Source: a virus
Length of the DNA stretch: 64,000 bases
Strand: one strand, 5' to 3'
Virus record (IMG/VR): IMGVR_UViG_3300017991_000105
Location: 3,901 to 67,900 of that record
The notes under the pieces were generated by a model. The model was not told the origin of the DNA and ran no database searches. It saw only the letters and a list, made by a program, of their open reading frames with translations. The position numbers and the translations under genes are program-made. Positions 8,320-16,708 of this stretch are shown here, piece by piece. The stretch's first letter is position 1. The number at the start of each line of letters is the position of its first letter.

Positions 8320-9284
8320 TTCTTCGCCTTTCTGACTTCTGTTCCTGTCTTGTGTAGGACATCACGGAATTCATTGAATTCTTGGGGGGTCAGCCCGCGT
8401 GTCAGTTGGACCAGCTCTTCCTCCTTCTGTTTGGTCTGTCCTTCTACTACCAAAGCTATGGACGCCTCCATGACCTTCTTCACCTTGGGGGACATCTTGA
8501 TCCCGTTCATGGTGGCCGTCCGTAGATCGTCAGGGGTGGCTCCAGCCTTGGGGGCTGGGTCCGCCTTCTTGGGCTCCTTCTTGGGCTTTGGTGGATCAGG
8601 CTTGGGCTCTTCTACCTTGGGCCGCTCCACTGGAGCCCCGGCCTTCCGCCGCCTCCGCCTGGTTGGGAAAGCGTGGTCCTGGGTCACCCCGTCCACCACT
8701 TTCCAGTAGTGGGCCGCCAGGGCTTCAGGACTGTCAAAGACCTCCGCGTCCGCGTCCTTCAGGGACTCCAGGAAGGAGTCAAAGTCCACGTTCACGTCCA
8801 GGTTGAACAGGGACATGGCCTGGAACTCCTTGGCTTCAGGGACCCCGTCCAAGATCATCCGCCGCCTGTTGGGGTTGTAGAAGTCCAAGACCAGACCGTT
8901 GGTGTCCACGATCTTCAGGAGCGCGTCCCCTGTGTCTTCGTCCTTTCCTAGCCAGTTCTTCCCAGCGTTGGTCCGCCGCCAGTTCTTGTCAATCTTCCAT
9001 CCCTGGGCCATGGCTCCCATGGACATGGTTTCCCCCATGGCCATCAGAATGTCCCGTTCACAGAAGATCTTGTCCACAGTGAACAGCCTGTCATCCATGG
9101 TTGGGTTCCGCCCTGGGTGAAAGACGTAGCCCTTCCCCTTCTTCTGGAAGGCCGCCCAGGAGTCCGACAGGTCCCGGCCGACCACAGCCCGCCTGACCTC
9201 CTGAACGTCAGACAGGTAGGCCGTGGCCGCACAGAAGACGCCCGCGCCCTGGTTGGTTCTGATCTTGGCTAGTGTAAACAACAT
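8316..9284 (-). CDS. Hypothetical protein
   Basis: 322-aa ORF directly after the VWA gene; Pro/Lys linker. Confidence 0.75.
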   Translation of the reverse strand: MLFTLAKIRTNQGAGVFCAATAYLSDVQEVRRAVVGRDLSDSWAAFQKKGKGYVFHPGRNPTMDDRLFTVDKIFCERDILMAMGETMSMGAMAQGWKIDKNWRRTNAGKNWLGKDEDTGDALLKIVDTNGLVLDFYNPNRRRMILDGVPEAKEFQAMSLFNLDVNVDFDSFLESLKDADAEVFDSPEALAAHYWKVVDGVTQDHAFPTRRRRRKAGAPVERPKVEEPKPDPPKPKKEPKKADPAPKAGATPDDLRTATMNGIKMSPKVKKVMEASIALVVEGQTKQKEEELVQLTRGLTPQEFNEFRDVLHKTGTEVRKAKK

Positions 9285-9285
9285 G

Positions 9286-10884
9286 TCAGTCCCGTCCCTT
9301 CACCGTGGTCACAATGTCCGCCAGGTCAGACGTGGCGGAATTCATGATGGAGTAGCTGGTGGCCGCGTTGAACAGCGTGTCATCCACCCAGTCTTCCTCC
9401 CCTGTGTGCCAGGTGGCGTCAGACATCTGAATGACGTGTAGTTCTATGTCCTTGAAGTCAGGAAGCTGTTCAGGCCGTAGCCCCTGTTCCGCGTCCGTCA
9501 ACAGAAGGATCTTGGCCCGCCCCAGGTCAGAGTCTTCTTTTTCCCTGGCCTTGGTGATGTCCTTGACCGCCCGCTTCAGCGCCGTGTCTATGGCCGTCCC
9601 GCCTCCGTTGAAATCTGACAGCCCAAGGAGCCGCCCAATGTGAGAGAAGCCCGCTTCCGTCTTGGCCTTGTAAAGCTTCCCAGGGCTCCCCGCGAAAGTC
9701 CGAAGGAAGGCCACGCCGTCCTTCTCCTGGATGTCCGCCAGGAAGGCCAGGGAGAACGCCGTAGCAAAGCCGCCCTTTGACAGGGTCCAGCCGCCCCGCT
9801 GTTGGCGTGTCTTCACAGAGATGGAGTCCATCATGGACCCTGACACGTCCACCAGAAGATAGAGTAGGGGCCTTCCCACGTTCTCCTGGTGTTCGTTCAC
9901 CATCAGGGTCCCGTCAGCTATCTTCTGGAAGAAGACATCATCATCCATAGCCTGTTCCCTGGGGAGCGCGTCCACAGCCTGGGAGATGTCCGTGATGGTG
10001 GTCACATCTTCATCATCCGCTGGCGTGGGGGTCCTATTCCGCTGGGTGTCTTCGTGACTGTTCAGAACTCCCTTGACGAAGGTCACTATATCCAGGATGG
10101 ACAGGATCTTGGCGTCCAGCCTGGCCGCCACCCTTTCCACAGCTCCCAGGAAGGACGAACCCGTGAACGTAGCCGGGGCCTTCCCTTTTCCAGCCGGTCC
10201 TCCGCCGCCAAAGCCTCCAGGCTGGCCCTGATCTTCGTCATCACCGCCCTTCCCGACCCCAAACAGCTCCTTCAGCTCTTCTTCCACCTTGGGGTCCATG
10301 GGAGCGTTGACGCCTCCTGGAATGATGGCGTCCAGGATCTTGGTGGGCTGGACCTTCGCCGCGCCTCCAAGGAAGCCCGCCTGGGCCGCGTTGGAAAACA
10401 GTTTGTTCAGGTAGTCAGCCCCGTAGCCCACCAAGGAGATCAGGCCCTTTGACGGGGGGTCCGGACAGTCCTCATGAACCAGCTTGTCCGGATAGGTGGT
10501 GTCATCCAGCCGCGCCACAGCTATGTGGGCTCCGAAAAGACAGTGATGTTGAAGGTTACAGCTTTCACAGGTCTTGATCCGCCTGATCTTGGACAGGGTC
10601 AACATGACCCCTACAAGCTGTTCAGCTTCGTCCAGGATGGAGTCAGAACTGACCTTGTCCCAGTAGGGGGTTTCCTCCAAGGATGAAATCAGCTCCCGCC
10701 GCTGACAGTATTCCGTGAACTGGGGTCCCATGAAGACGCCCAGTTCCTGGCTGGACTTGATCCGTTCTCCACGCCTGTAGTTCAACAGGTCAATGAACAA
10801 AGATCCTTCCACGCCGTACTGAACGCCTAACTCTTCCGCTTTTTCCTGTTCCTGTGGGGTGGTCTGTCCGTCCACTATTTCCAT
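9286..10884 (-). CDS. VWA-domain protein (MoxR partner, ViaA/CoxE-like)
   Basis: MIDAS LLVDVSGSM, GGGTAI, LLLTDAE; adjacent to MoxR ATPase. Confidence 0.88.
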   Translation of the reverse strand: MEIVDGQTTPQEQEKAEELGVQYGVEGSLFIDLLNYRRGERIKSSQELGVFMGPQFTEYCQRRELISSLEETPYWDKVSSDSILDEAEQLVGVMLTLSKIRRIKTCESCNLQHHCLFGAHIAVARLDDTTYPDKLVHEDCPDPPSKGLISLVGYGADYLNKLFSNAAQAGFLGGAAKVQPTKILDAIIPGGVNAPMDPKVEEELKELFGVGKGGDDEDQGQPGGFGGGGPAGKGKAPATFTGSSFLGAVERVAARLDAKILSILDIVTFVKGVLNSHEDTQRNRTPTPADDEDVTTITDISQAVDALPREQAMDDDVFFQKIADGTLMVNEHQENVGRPLLYLLVDVSGSMMDSISVKTRQQRGGWTLSKGGFATAFSLAFLADIQEKDGVAFLRTFAGSPGKLYKAKTEAGFSHIGRLLGLSDFNGGGTAIDTALKRAVKDITKAREKEDSDLGRAKILLLTDAEQGLRPEQLPDFKDIELHVIQMSDATWHTGEEDWVDDTLFNAATSYSIMNSATSDLADIVTTVKGRD

Positions 10885-12010
10885 GGGTCACCCTTTCACG
10901 GAGCGTGTCCGTGGCTTTTTCTCTCAGTTTCTGGATGGTGTCCACGATGGCCGCCACCCGTTCATCCAGTTCAGGTCCCAAAGACTGGGCCGCCAGTCCA
11001 GAGTAGTAGGCTTCCAGCCTGACCAGGTTCTGGCTGACTTCGTTCAGCCACTTGGGGTCAGCTTTGTGGGTAGCGAAGGAGCGCCTAAACTTCCCCAGAA
11101 GGCTTTCCGCGCCTCTGACATTGTTGTAGACCTTGTCTTCCGCGCCCATCTTCTTGGCCACGGACTCCAGAAGCTTCCAGAAGTCCGCCGTACTACCTCC
11201 CATTGGAACGATGGCGTGACAGAGCGCCGACAGATCCACGCCTGTGACCACGTTGTCACCACGGAGCCAGGCGTGGGCCTTCATCAGGTCCAGACACCAG
11301 ACTCTCCGCCTGGGGGAGATCACCTGGTAGGCGTCCTGACACCTGTCCAACAGCTCCGCCACGTGGTTCATGGTGAACCTGGACAGGTGAACCTTTTTCA
11401 CTGACGCCCTGGCCGCCTGGAACTGTCTGAAGGACATCCGCTTCATGGGCCTGTGTTCCATAGACTGGGCCATCATCTTGACCTGGTCCGTCCTGGACAT
11501 CTTCCCATCCACGGCTATCCTGATCAGGAACCGATCCATGACCGCGTCCGTGGCCAGCTCTGGCTTGTAGTAGTTGGTAGTGGCCAACACAGAGATCAGG
11601 GGACACCTGATGACCCGCCCGGTGTTTCGGCTGAAGGTCCGTTCATTCAGGACCTCCAGGATGGACCGAAGGAGGCCCGGGTGTGCGTCAAACAGTTCAT
11701 CCAGAAACCCAAAGTCACAGTCCACCAGGGTCCCCGTGGTGTTATGTTCCACAGTTGCCTGGGTCCTGTATTTCTGAAGATCCATGGGTCCAAACACATA
11801 GTCAGGACTCATGTCACGCGCCAGTTGAAGCTTGAACACTGACGCGCCCTTGATCCCCCCAAGGACCAGGGAAGCCAACATGGACTTCCCGATCCCCGGG
11901 GGGCCTTTCAGGAGGATGTGTTGTCCGGCCAACATCGCCAGCCCCATCTGGTTGACGATCACCTGTCTGTTGACCATCCGTTCAGATACATCCGCCAAAA
12001 ACCGCTTCAT
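10790..12010 (-). CDS. MoxR/RavA-like AAA+ ATPase
   Basis: Walker A GPPGIGKS, Walker B FLDE, LEVLNERTF, AVMDRF, ISPRR. Confidence 0.92.
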   Translation of the reverse strand: MKRFLADVSERMVNRQVIVNQMGLAMLAGQHILLKGPPGIGKSMLASLVLGGIKGASVFKLQLARDMSPDYVFGPMDLQKYRTQATVEHNTTGTLVDCDFGFLDELFDAHPGLLRSILEVLNERTFSRNTGRVIRCPLISVLATTNYYKPELATDAVMDRFLIRIAVDGKMSRTDQVKMMAQSMEHRPMKRMSFRQFQAARASVKKVHLSRFTMNHVAELLDRCQDAYQVISPRRRVWCLDLMKAHAWLRGDNVVTGVDLSALCHAIVPMGGSTADFWKLLESVAKKMGAEDKVYNNVRGAESLLGKFRRSFATHKADPKWLNEVSQNLVRLEAYYSGLAAQSLGPELDERVAAIVDTIQKLREKATDTLRERVTHGNSGRTDHPTGTGKSGRVRRSVRRGRIFVH

Positions 12011-12013
12011 GAC

Positions 12014-13132
12014 CTACTCCACCGGGACCACTTCGTCCACAGTTCCGTCCGCCGTCACCACGAAATACTGGGTCCCGTCAGGGCCTTCTGTCTGTCCAAC
12101 ATAGGCCGGATCCGGTTTCCCGTCCTTCCCTTCTTCCTTCCAGACAAAGGGACCTTCACTCTGGGGTTCGTCCAAGGGGAGACCGTTGGCAAACCCACAG
12201 CCGTTATGAAGGTATCCCTCCCCCCAGTCATGGCGGAGTCCGCTGTCATCGTAGAACGCCGCTTCAAACCTGATGACCAGGTCTTTGTCAGACAGCGCCT
12301 TCATGTCTTCCTGGATCACGTCAGGAAGGGAGGGGACCCACCATTCCTTGGCCTCTTCCAGGGAGTCCTTGAAATCATCCGTCACCATGGCCTTGGCCAT
12401 GTCCAGGAAGGGGGACCAATCGAAGGCTAGACGGATGTCGTCTTCTTCATCGTCCTCTTCCTCTTCATCGTCCTCTTCTTCATCGTCCTCTTCTTCATCT
12501 TCTTCTTCATCCCCGGACCCCTCTTCTTCCGGGTCTTCCTCTTCTTCGTCATCCTCTTCCTGATCTCCGTCTTCAGGGTCTTCTTCGCCAGAGGTTTGGT
12601 CCCCCTCCGTTTCTTCCTCTGAACCTTCCTCCGCTTCGCCGTCCGCCCCTTCAGCGCCTCCATCATCCTGTCCAGGATCGTCTTCTTCATCTTCTTCTTC
12701 ATCCTCCGTGTCTGGCTTCGTCACCGTGGAACCGTCCGCCAGGATCTCCCCAAGCCTGGAAGAGATCTCTGACAACAGGAACGTCATGTCCGCGTCCTCC
12801 AGCTCCACACCAACCAGCTCCCCGGCCTCCTTGGCGTCCGCCTCTTCCGGGTCAAAGTCAAGGTCCGCTTCATAGGCCCCCACCAGGACGCCCAGAAGCT
12901 TCTTCATCTTGGGGACCTTGGTCTTGGGCTTGAACTGGAACCCCAGTCCGGCCGCCAGGTCAACCAGCTCCGCCTTCTTCATCTTGGTCAGCTCTGACTG
13001 AAGAGGAAGAACCCGTAGTTTGTCCCCTATAGCCTTCTCCGGGGACACGTGGTCCCCTGTCAGGACATCTCTGGCCTTCGTCAACATCCCAATGGCGTCA
13101 TCAATCAGACCTACCGCTTCTTCTGGCTTCAT
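12014..13132 (-). CDS. Highly acidic protein
   Basis: About 90-residue D/E tract; first gene after a sigma70 promoter; AAGGAGG RBS. Confidence 0.8.
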   Translation of the reverse strand: MKPEEAVGLIDDAIGMLTKARDVLTGDHVSPEKAIGDKLRVLPLQSELTKMKKAELVDLAAGLGFQFKPKTKVPKMKKLLGVLVGAYEADLDFDPEEADAKEAGELVGVELEDADMTFLLSEISSRLGEILADGSTVTKPDTEDEEEDEEDDPGQDDGGAEGADGEAEEGSEEETEGDQTSGEEDPEDGDQEEDDEEEEDPEEEGSGDEEEDEEEDDEEEDDEEEEDDEEDDIRLAFDWSPFLDMAKAMVTDDFKDSLEEAKEWWVPSLPDVIQEDMKALSDKDLVIRFEAAFYDDSGLRHDWGEGYLHNGCGFANGLPLDEPQSEGPFVWKEEGKDGKPDPAYVGQTEGPDGTQYFVVTADGTVDEVVPVE

Positions 13133-13181
13133 CTTTCCTCCTTGTGTGGGAAGCCCACTTTTTCGGAACTCTTGTTAACAG

Positions 13182-13210
13182 ACGATAACACAGGTATACA
13201 CTCCTGTCAA
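13182..13210 (-). promoter_or_regulatory. Sigma70-type promoter of the acidic-MoxR-VWA operon
   Basis: TTGACA-N17-TATCGT; inverted repeat GGGAAAAC/GTTTTCCC just upstream (13211-13236). Confidence 0.75.
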
Positions 13211-13249
13211 GGGAAAACTGTCTTCAGGGTTTTCCCCGCTGGGAAAAAT

Positions 13250-13765
13250 TCAGTCTGGGGGGTCTTCAGGATGGAACCACTGACGGAACCCGTGGACCAT
13301 CTGTTCCGTTTCATTCCTGAACGCCTGGTTCTCTGGGGCCTCCCCGCCGAAGGTGGCCCCTGTGGTGGGGGACTCCCAGACCGTGACTTCATGTCCAAGA
13401 ACATCCTGAAGCTTCACCGCCCTGTAGGCGTACCAGAAATAGCGGGCCAGGTTCTCCACTGTGGGAGGCCCTGGGATCAGGAACAGGTCATAGTCCTCCC
13501 CGTCCAGGTGGGTCTCCAGCGTGTCAACCAGGGGGTCAGCGTAGTCCAAGACCAGCCTGTGATCCATGGCCCACCTGTTGAACGTGTCCAGGTCACGAAG
13601 GTCTCCGAAGTCCACCACAAAGTCAGAGTCCGTTGGTCCGTGGATCGTCACGTCCACCCTGTAGGTGTGACCGTGGATCATCTGACAGCCTGGGACATCC
13701 TTCAGTCTGTGGGCCGCCGCTATGGGTTTCAGGTGTTTGAAGATCTTCATGTCTGGTTCTCCCAT
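13250..13765 (-). CDS. queD: 6-carboxy-5,6,7,8-tetrahydropterin synthase
   Basis: AAHRL...C..IHGHTYRV, DFGDL, DH, PTVENLA, VWES motifs. Confidence 0.92.
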   Translation of the reverse strand: MGEPDMKIFKHLKPIAAAHRLKDVPGCQMIHGHTYRVDVTIHGPTDSDFVVDFGDLRDLDTFNRWAMDHRLVLDYADPLVDTLETHLDGEDYDLFLIPGPPTVENLARYFWYAYRAVKLQDVLGHEVTVWESPTTGATFGGEAPENQAFRNETEQMVHGFRQWFHPEDPPD

Positions 13766-14499
13766 ATGTCTACGCCGCGTTCCTCATTTCGGACCTTGAA
13801 CAGCTCCCACCCGTGGCTCCTGATCTGGCATGACTCACAGGTCCCACAGCCGCGCCCCCATTCATGCTTGGTCATGTCCAGCTTTCCGCTGATGTGGTAA
13901 GACATACAGGACACCGTCTTCAACACCGTCTTCAGAACCCCAATGTAGTGGGCCGCGTCAAACAGGTCCGCCTTGGAACAGCCCCAGACGTTGGACGTGA
14001 CACTGAATTCCACGCCTATCCCCTGACTGATGGCGTCCCTGGCCGCCTCCATGAAGTCCTCTGACTGATCAGGATAGACAGGGGCTTCCGTGTCTGGTGT
14101 GTCATCCTCCAGGTGAACCGCCATGACTATGTCTTCCGCCTGGTATCTGGCCGCGAAGGTGGACGCGATAGCCAGATAGACCAGGTTCCTTCCCAACATA
14201 GTCCCGTCAGACATCCCATATTCTTCCGTCAGCCGCCTGGTATTGGACCCGCGCCAAAGATCGGAGATCCTGACCGTTTCCAGCTTCATGGTCCGTTCAT
14301 CCGTGGACCACATAGCCTTGGAGATCTTCTTGGCCTCCTTGACCTGGCCCATGGCTATCCGCCGGAACTCCCCCATGGCCTGGCCGTGTTCCACGTATAC
14401 GCTGACCACGGAATGTCCGCTGATGGCCAGTTCAAACAGCGCCACAGCGCTGTCAAGTCCCCCCGATAGTAGAAGGATGGTGTCCACTGGTCTCTTCAT
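13747..14499 (-). CDS. queC: 7-cyano-7-deazaguanine synthase-like protein
   Basis: PP-loop LSGGLDS, GRN, YPD, SC...CGTCESC zinc site. Confidence 0.9.
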   Translation of the reverse strand: MKRPVDTILLLSGGLDSAVALFELAISGHSVVSVYVEHGQAMGEFRRIAMGQVKEAKKISKAMWSTDERTMKLETVRISDLWRGSNTRRLTEEYGMSDGTMLGRNLVYLAIASTFAARYQAEDIVMAVHLEDDTPDTEAPVYPDQSEDFMEAARDAISQGIGVEFSVTSNVWGCSKADLFDAAHYIGVLKTVLKTVSCMSYHISGKLDMTKHEWGRGCGTCESCQIRSHGWELFKVRNEERGVDIWENQT

Positions 14500-14531
14500 C
14501 GTGTGTTCCTTTCGTGTCTTCGTGTGGGAGC

Positions 14532-14563
14532 GGGGGAAGGACGCCCGGAAGCGTCCTTCCCCC
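14532..14563. other. Perfect 13-bp hairpin in the queC leader
   Basis: GGGGGAAGGACGC-ccggaa-GCGTCCTTCCCCC; no U-tract. Confidence 0.7.
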
Positions 14564-14578
14564 TATGGAGTGAACATC

Positions 14579-15082
14579 CTATGACCTTTTCTTCTTGGCC
14601 TTCGCCCGCCTTTCCCTCTGGAGCCGCATCTTCCGCCGTTTCGGGGGCTCCTTCTTGGGGTTCTTCTTGTAGTAGCTGTCCCAGCGCTTGACCGCCGCCT
14701 TCTTGGCCTGGGACTTCCGCTGTTTGGCTGACTTCTTCTTGGCCTTCTGTTTCCGCGCCTGTTCCCTGATGGCCCGCTTCACCGCCGCCTGTCTCTGTCT
14801 GGCCGCCACGTTCCCGATCTTGGGAAGTCCACGGATGGCCCGCTGTTTGTTCTCCTGGCGTGTCTTCCACGCCAGCTTCCCCTTCTGGCTGGCGGACAGG
14901 TGGCCTGTGGGAACTACCGTGACCAGCCTGGCCTGTTCCACCTTCTTCATGACATCCGAAGCCGCCCGCTCCACGTCAGCCCTGGTGATCACATCCCCCT
15001 GGCCCGCCGCTATCTTGGCCGCCTGGACAGCTCCCGTCATCCCCATGAAGATGTTGGCTGGAAGTGTCGCTGTTCTACCCAT
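14579..15082 (-). CDS. Highly basic hypothetical protein
   Basis: K/R-rich 167-aa ORF with AAGGAG RBS. Confidence 0.7.
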   Translation of the reverse strand: MGRTATLPANIFMGMTGAVQAAKIAAGQGDVITRADVERAASDVMKKVEQARLVTVVPTGHLSASQKGKLAWKTRQENKQRAIRGLPKIGNVAARQRQAAVKRAIREQARKQKAKKKSAKQRKSQAKKAAVKRWDSYYKKNPKKEPPKRRKMRLQRERRAKAKKKRS

Positions 15083-15434
15083 CGTTCACTCCTTGATCCA
15101 ATGGAATGGCCCGCCACACAAAGGCGTCCTTGACGTAGGACTTCCCTTCTTCATCTGGCTCCGTCTTCACCATGACCCGCATGGGAACGAAGGCCACCAT
15201 GATGTTGAACAGCTTGGCCAGCTCCATCATCATGGCGTGGACCGCCTTGTCCGCCTGTTGACCAGCGTTCCCACCCAGGTAGACAAAGTCAACAGGCCGC
15301 TTCCCTGACCTCCAAAGGTTGGCCGCGTAGCGCCCCGCTGAATGTGACTTGGTGGTTCCACTAATCTTCAATGATCCTCTGTGAAACTGGTACAGCTTCA
15401 CATCATCCACTTGGACTTCCTCTTCCTTGGGCAT
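15075..15434 (-). CDS. SpoVS-like (Alba-fold) nucleic-acid-binding protein
   Basis: LKISGTTKSHSAG...YLGGNAGQQADKAV...FVP aligns by eye to SpoVS LKVSAKSSPNSVAG...AIGAGALNQAVKAV...CIP. Confidence 0.7.
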   Translation of the reverse strand: MPKEEEVQVDDVKLYQFHRGSLKISGTTKSHSAGRYAANLWRSGKRPVDFVYLGGNAGQQADKAVHAMMMELAKLFNIMVAFVPMRVMVKTEPDEEGKSYVKDAFVWRAIPLDQGVNDG

Positions 15435-15822
15435 TAGTTGGGACCTCCTGTTCTGTGTCTTCGTCCTGAAGGGCCTGTTCAACCAAGTCAAGAGCCCGGT
15501 TCATCCTCATGTTGATGACCCGCGTGACCAGTTCATCCAGGTCCTTCTGGCGTAGTACCAGGAAGAAGCCAGGTTTCCCCTTTTCCACCAATGCTAGGAG
15601 CGGAAACTTCTTCTCTTTATTCGCCTTCTGTAAAACGTCACGGAACAGCGTCAAGACGCTGAACCTTTGTCTGTATTTTACTTCAATATAGAATTCTTCG
15701 CTATCCGTGTCTGAACTCGTGTGGGCCTGTTGGTTGTTTGACCCTGATAGGGAGATCCTGACAGCGTCAAACCACTTCGCTACCGTCCGTTCAGCCCGCT
15801 TCCAGTTGTCAGACGTAGCCAT
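15403..15822 (-). CDS. PD-(D/E)xK nuclease, Holliday junction resolvase-like
   Basis: WKRAER.VA, SD...YIEVK motif. Confidence 0.75.
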   Translation of the reverse strand: MATSDNWKRAERTVAKWFDAVRISLSGSNNQQAHTSSDTDSEEFYIEVKYRQRFSVLTLFRDVLQKANKEKKFPLLALVEKGKPGFFLVLRQKDLDELVTRVINMRMNRALDLVEQALQDEDTEQEVPTNAQGRGSPSG

Positions 15823-16193
15823 CAGCGTGAACTCCAGTAGACCCTTGGACCTGGTCTGATGTCAACATGGACGTGGGACAGGTAGAAACCCAAGCCTGTG
15901 AACCTGGGTTCCAGAAGACAGTAGCGCCAAAGCGTGACCACGTCCCAGCCCTCCACGTTGATGTCCGCCGCCCGTCCCAGTAGGTGTTGGGATCGGGAGG
16001 ACGATCTGGGAAGGGAAGCGTTATACTCCAGACACCTGATCCCGCCGCCCTGGGAGATGTAGATGGGACGCCCAATGTCATAGCGCATATCCTGAAGAAC
16101 CCTGACCAGGTCCAGGGACACAGACCACAGTCCACATCCACAGGGACAGGTGAACTCTTCAACCGTGAAATTCTCCGTCCAATAGGTGGGCAT
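15822..16193 (-). CDS. Peptidase M15A endolysin
   Basis: EFTCPCGCG, RC..YN, SQHLLGRAADI, HVHVDIR. Confidence 0.9.
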   Translation of the reverse strand: MPTYWTENFTVEEFTCPCGCGLWSVSLDLVRVLQDMRYDIGRPIYISQGGGIRCLEYNASLPRSSSRSQHLLGRAADINVEGWDVVTLWRYCLLEPRFTGLGFYLSHVHVDIRPGPRVYWSSR

Positions 16194-16708
16194 TATTCCG
16201 CCTGATAGAAGGTCTTTCCCCTTCTGGTCATCTCCCGTGACAGGGTTCCATAGTTGTTATCAAACCGCCTGACCATGGTGGCCATCATCGCCTTGGTGGC
16301 CTCCGCCACGTCCAGGTTGAACTTCCTGGCCTTCCATGTCTTGTCCGCGTGTATCAGCCTATCAAACTTCCACTTGTCCCTGGTGTCCGCCTTCTCCATG
16401 GTCTTCAGTAGCTGGGCTTCCCGCTCCTTCAGAGCCGTGGTAGCCGTCTTCACCTTGTCTGACGCCTCCGCCAGCCTGGTCTCCGCGTAGGTCAGCCACC
16501 CTGACATGTAGGCCGCCCTGTCCCCCAGCTCCTTGTAGGAAATCCCAGTCAGATCCTGGGGAACATCTTGCCAGGTGTTGTCACCGTCAGGCTTTAGGGG
16601 CAAACAGAAGCCGTCTTTTCCGACCTGTACCAGAACCCTTTCGTGTATTGGATCTTGACCTGGACTGGGTGTGTTTGGTCCTTTGGGTGGTCTTTTCAGG
16701 AAGGCCAT
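16193..16708 (-). CDS. Coiled-coil protein, possible UvsY-like recombination mediator
   Basis: Helical protein next to exonuclease and RecA; family assignment is inference. Confidence 0.45.
   Translation of the reverse strand: MAFLKRPPKGPNTPSPGQDPIHERVLVQVGKDGFCLPLKPDGDNTWQDVPQDLTGISYKELGDRAAYMSGWLTYAETRLAEASDKVKTATTALKEREAQLLKTMEKADTRDKWKFDRLIHADKTWKARKFNLDVAEATKAMMATMVRRFDNNYGTLSREMTRRGKTFYQAE

Noticed and set aside
12440-12710. TCTTCA/TCCTCT-rich quasi-repeat as a DNA repeat element
   Set aside because: Explained by the D/E tract of the acidic protein; no fixed repeat unit.
14500-14578. preQ1 riboswitch upstream of queC
   Set aside because: Only a simple GC-rich hairpin; lacks the short stem, conserved loop and A-rich tail of preQ1-I aptamers.
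14496-14870. Alternative 124-aa minus-strand ORF
   Set aside because: Alternate-frame shadow of the basic protein gene that runs through the intergenic hairpin.
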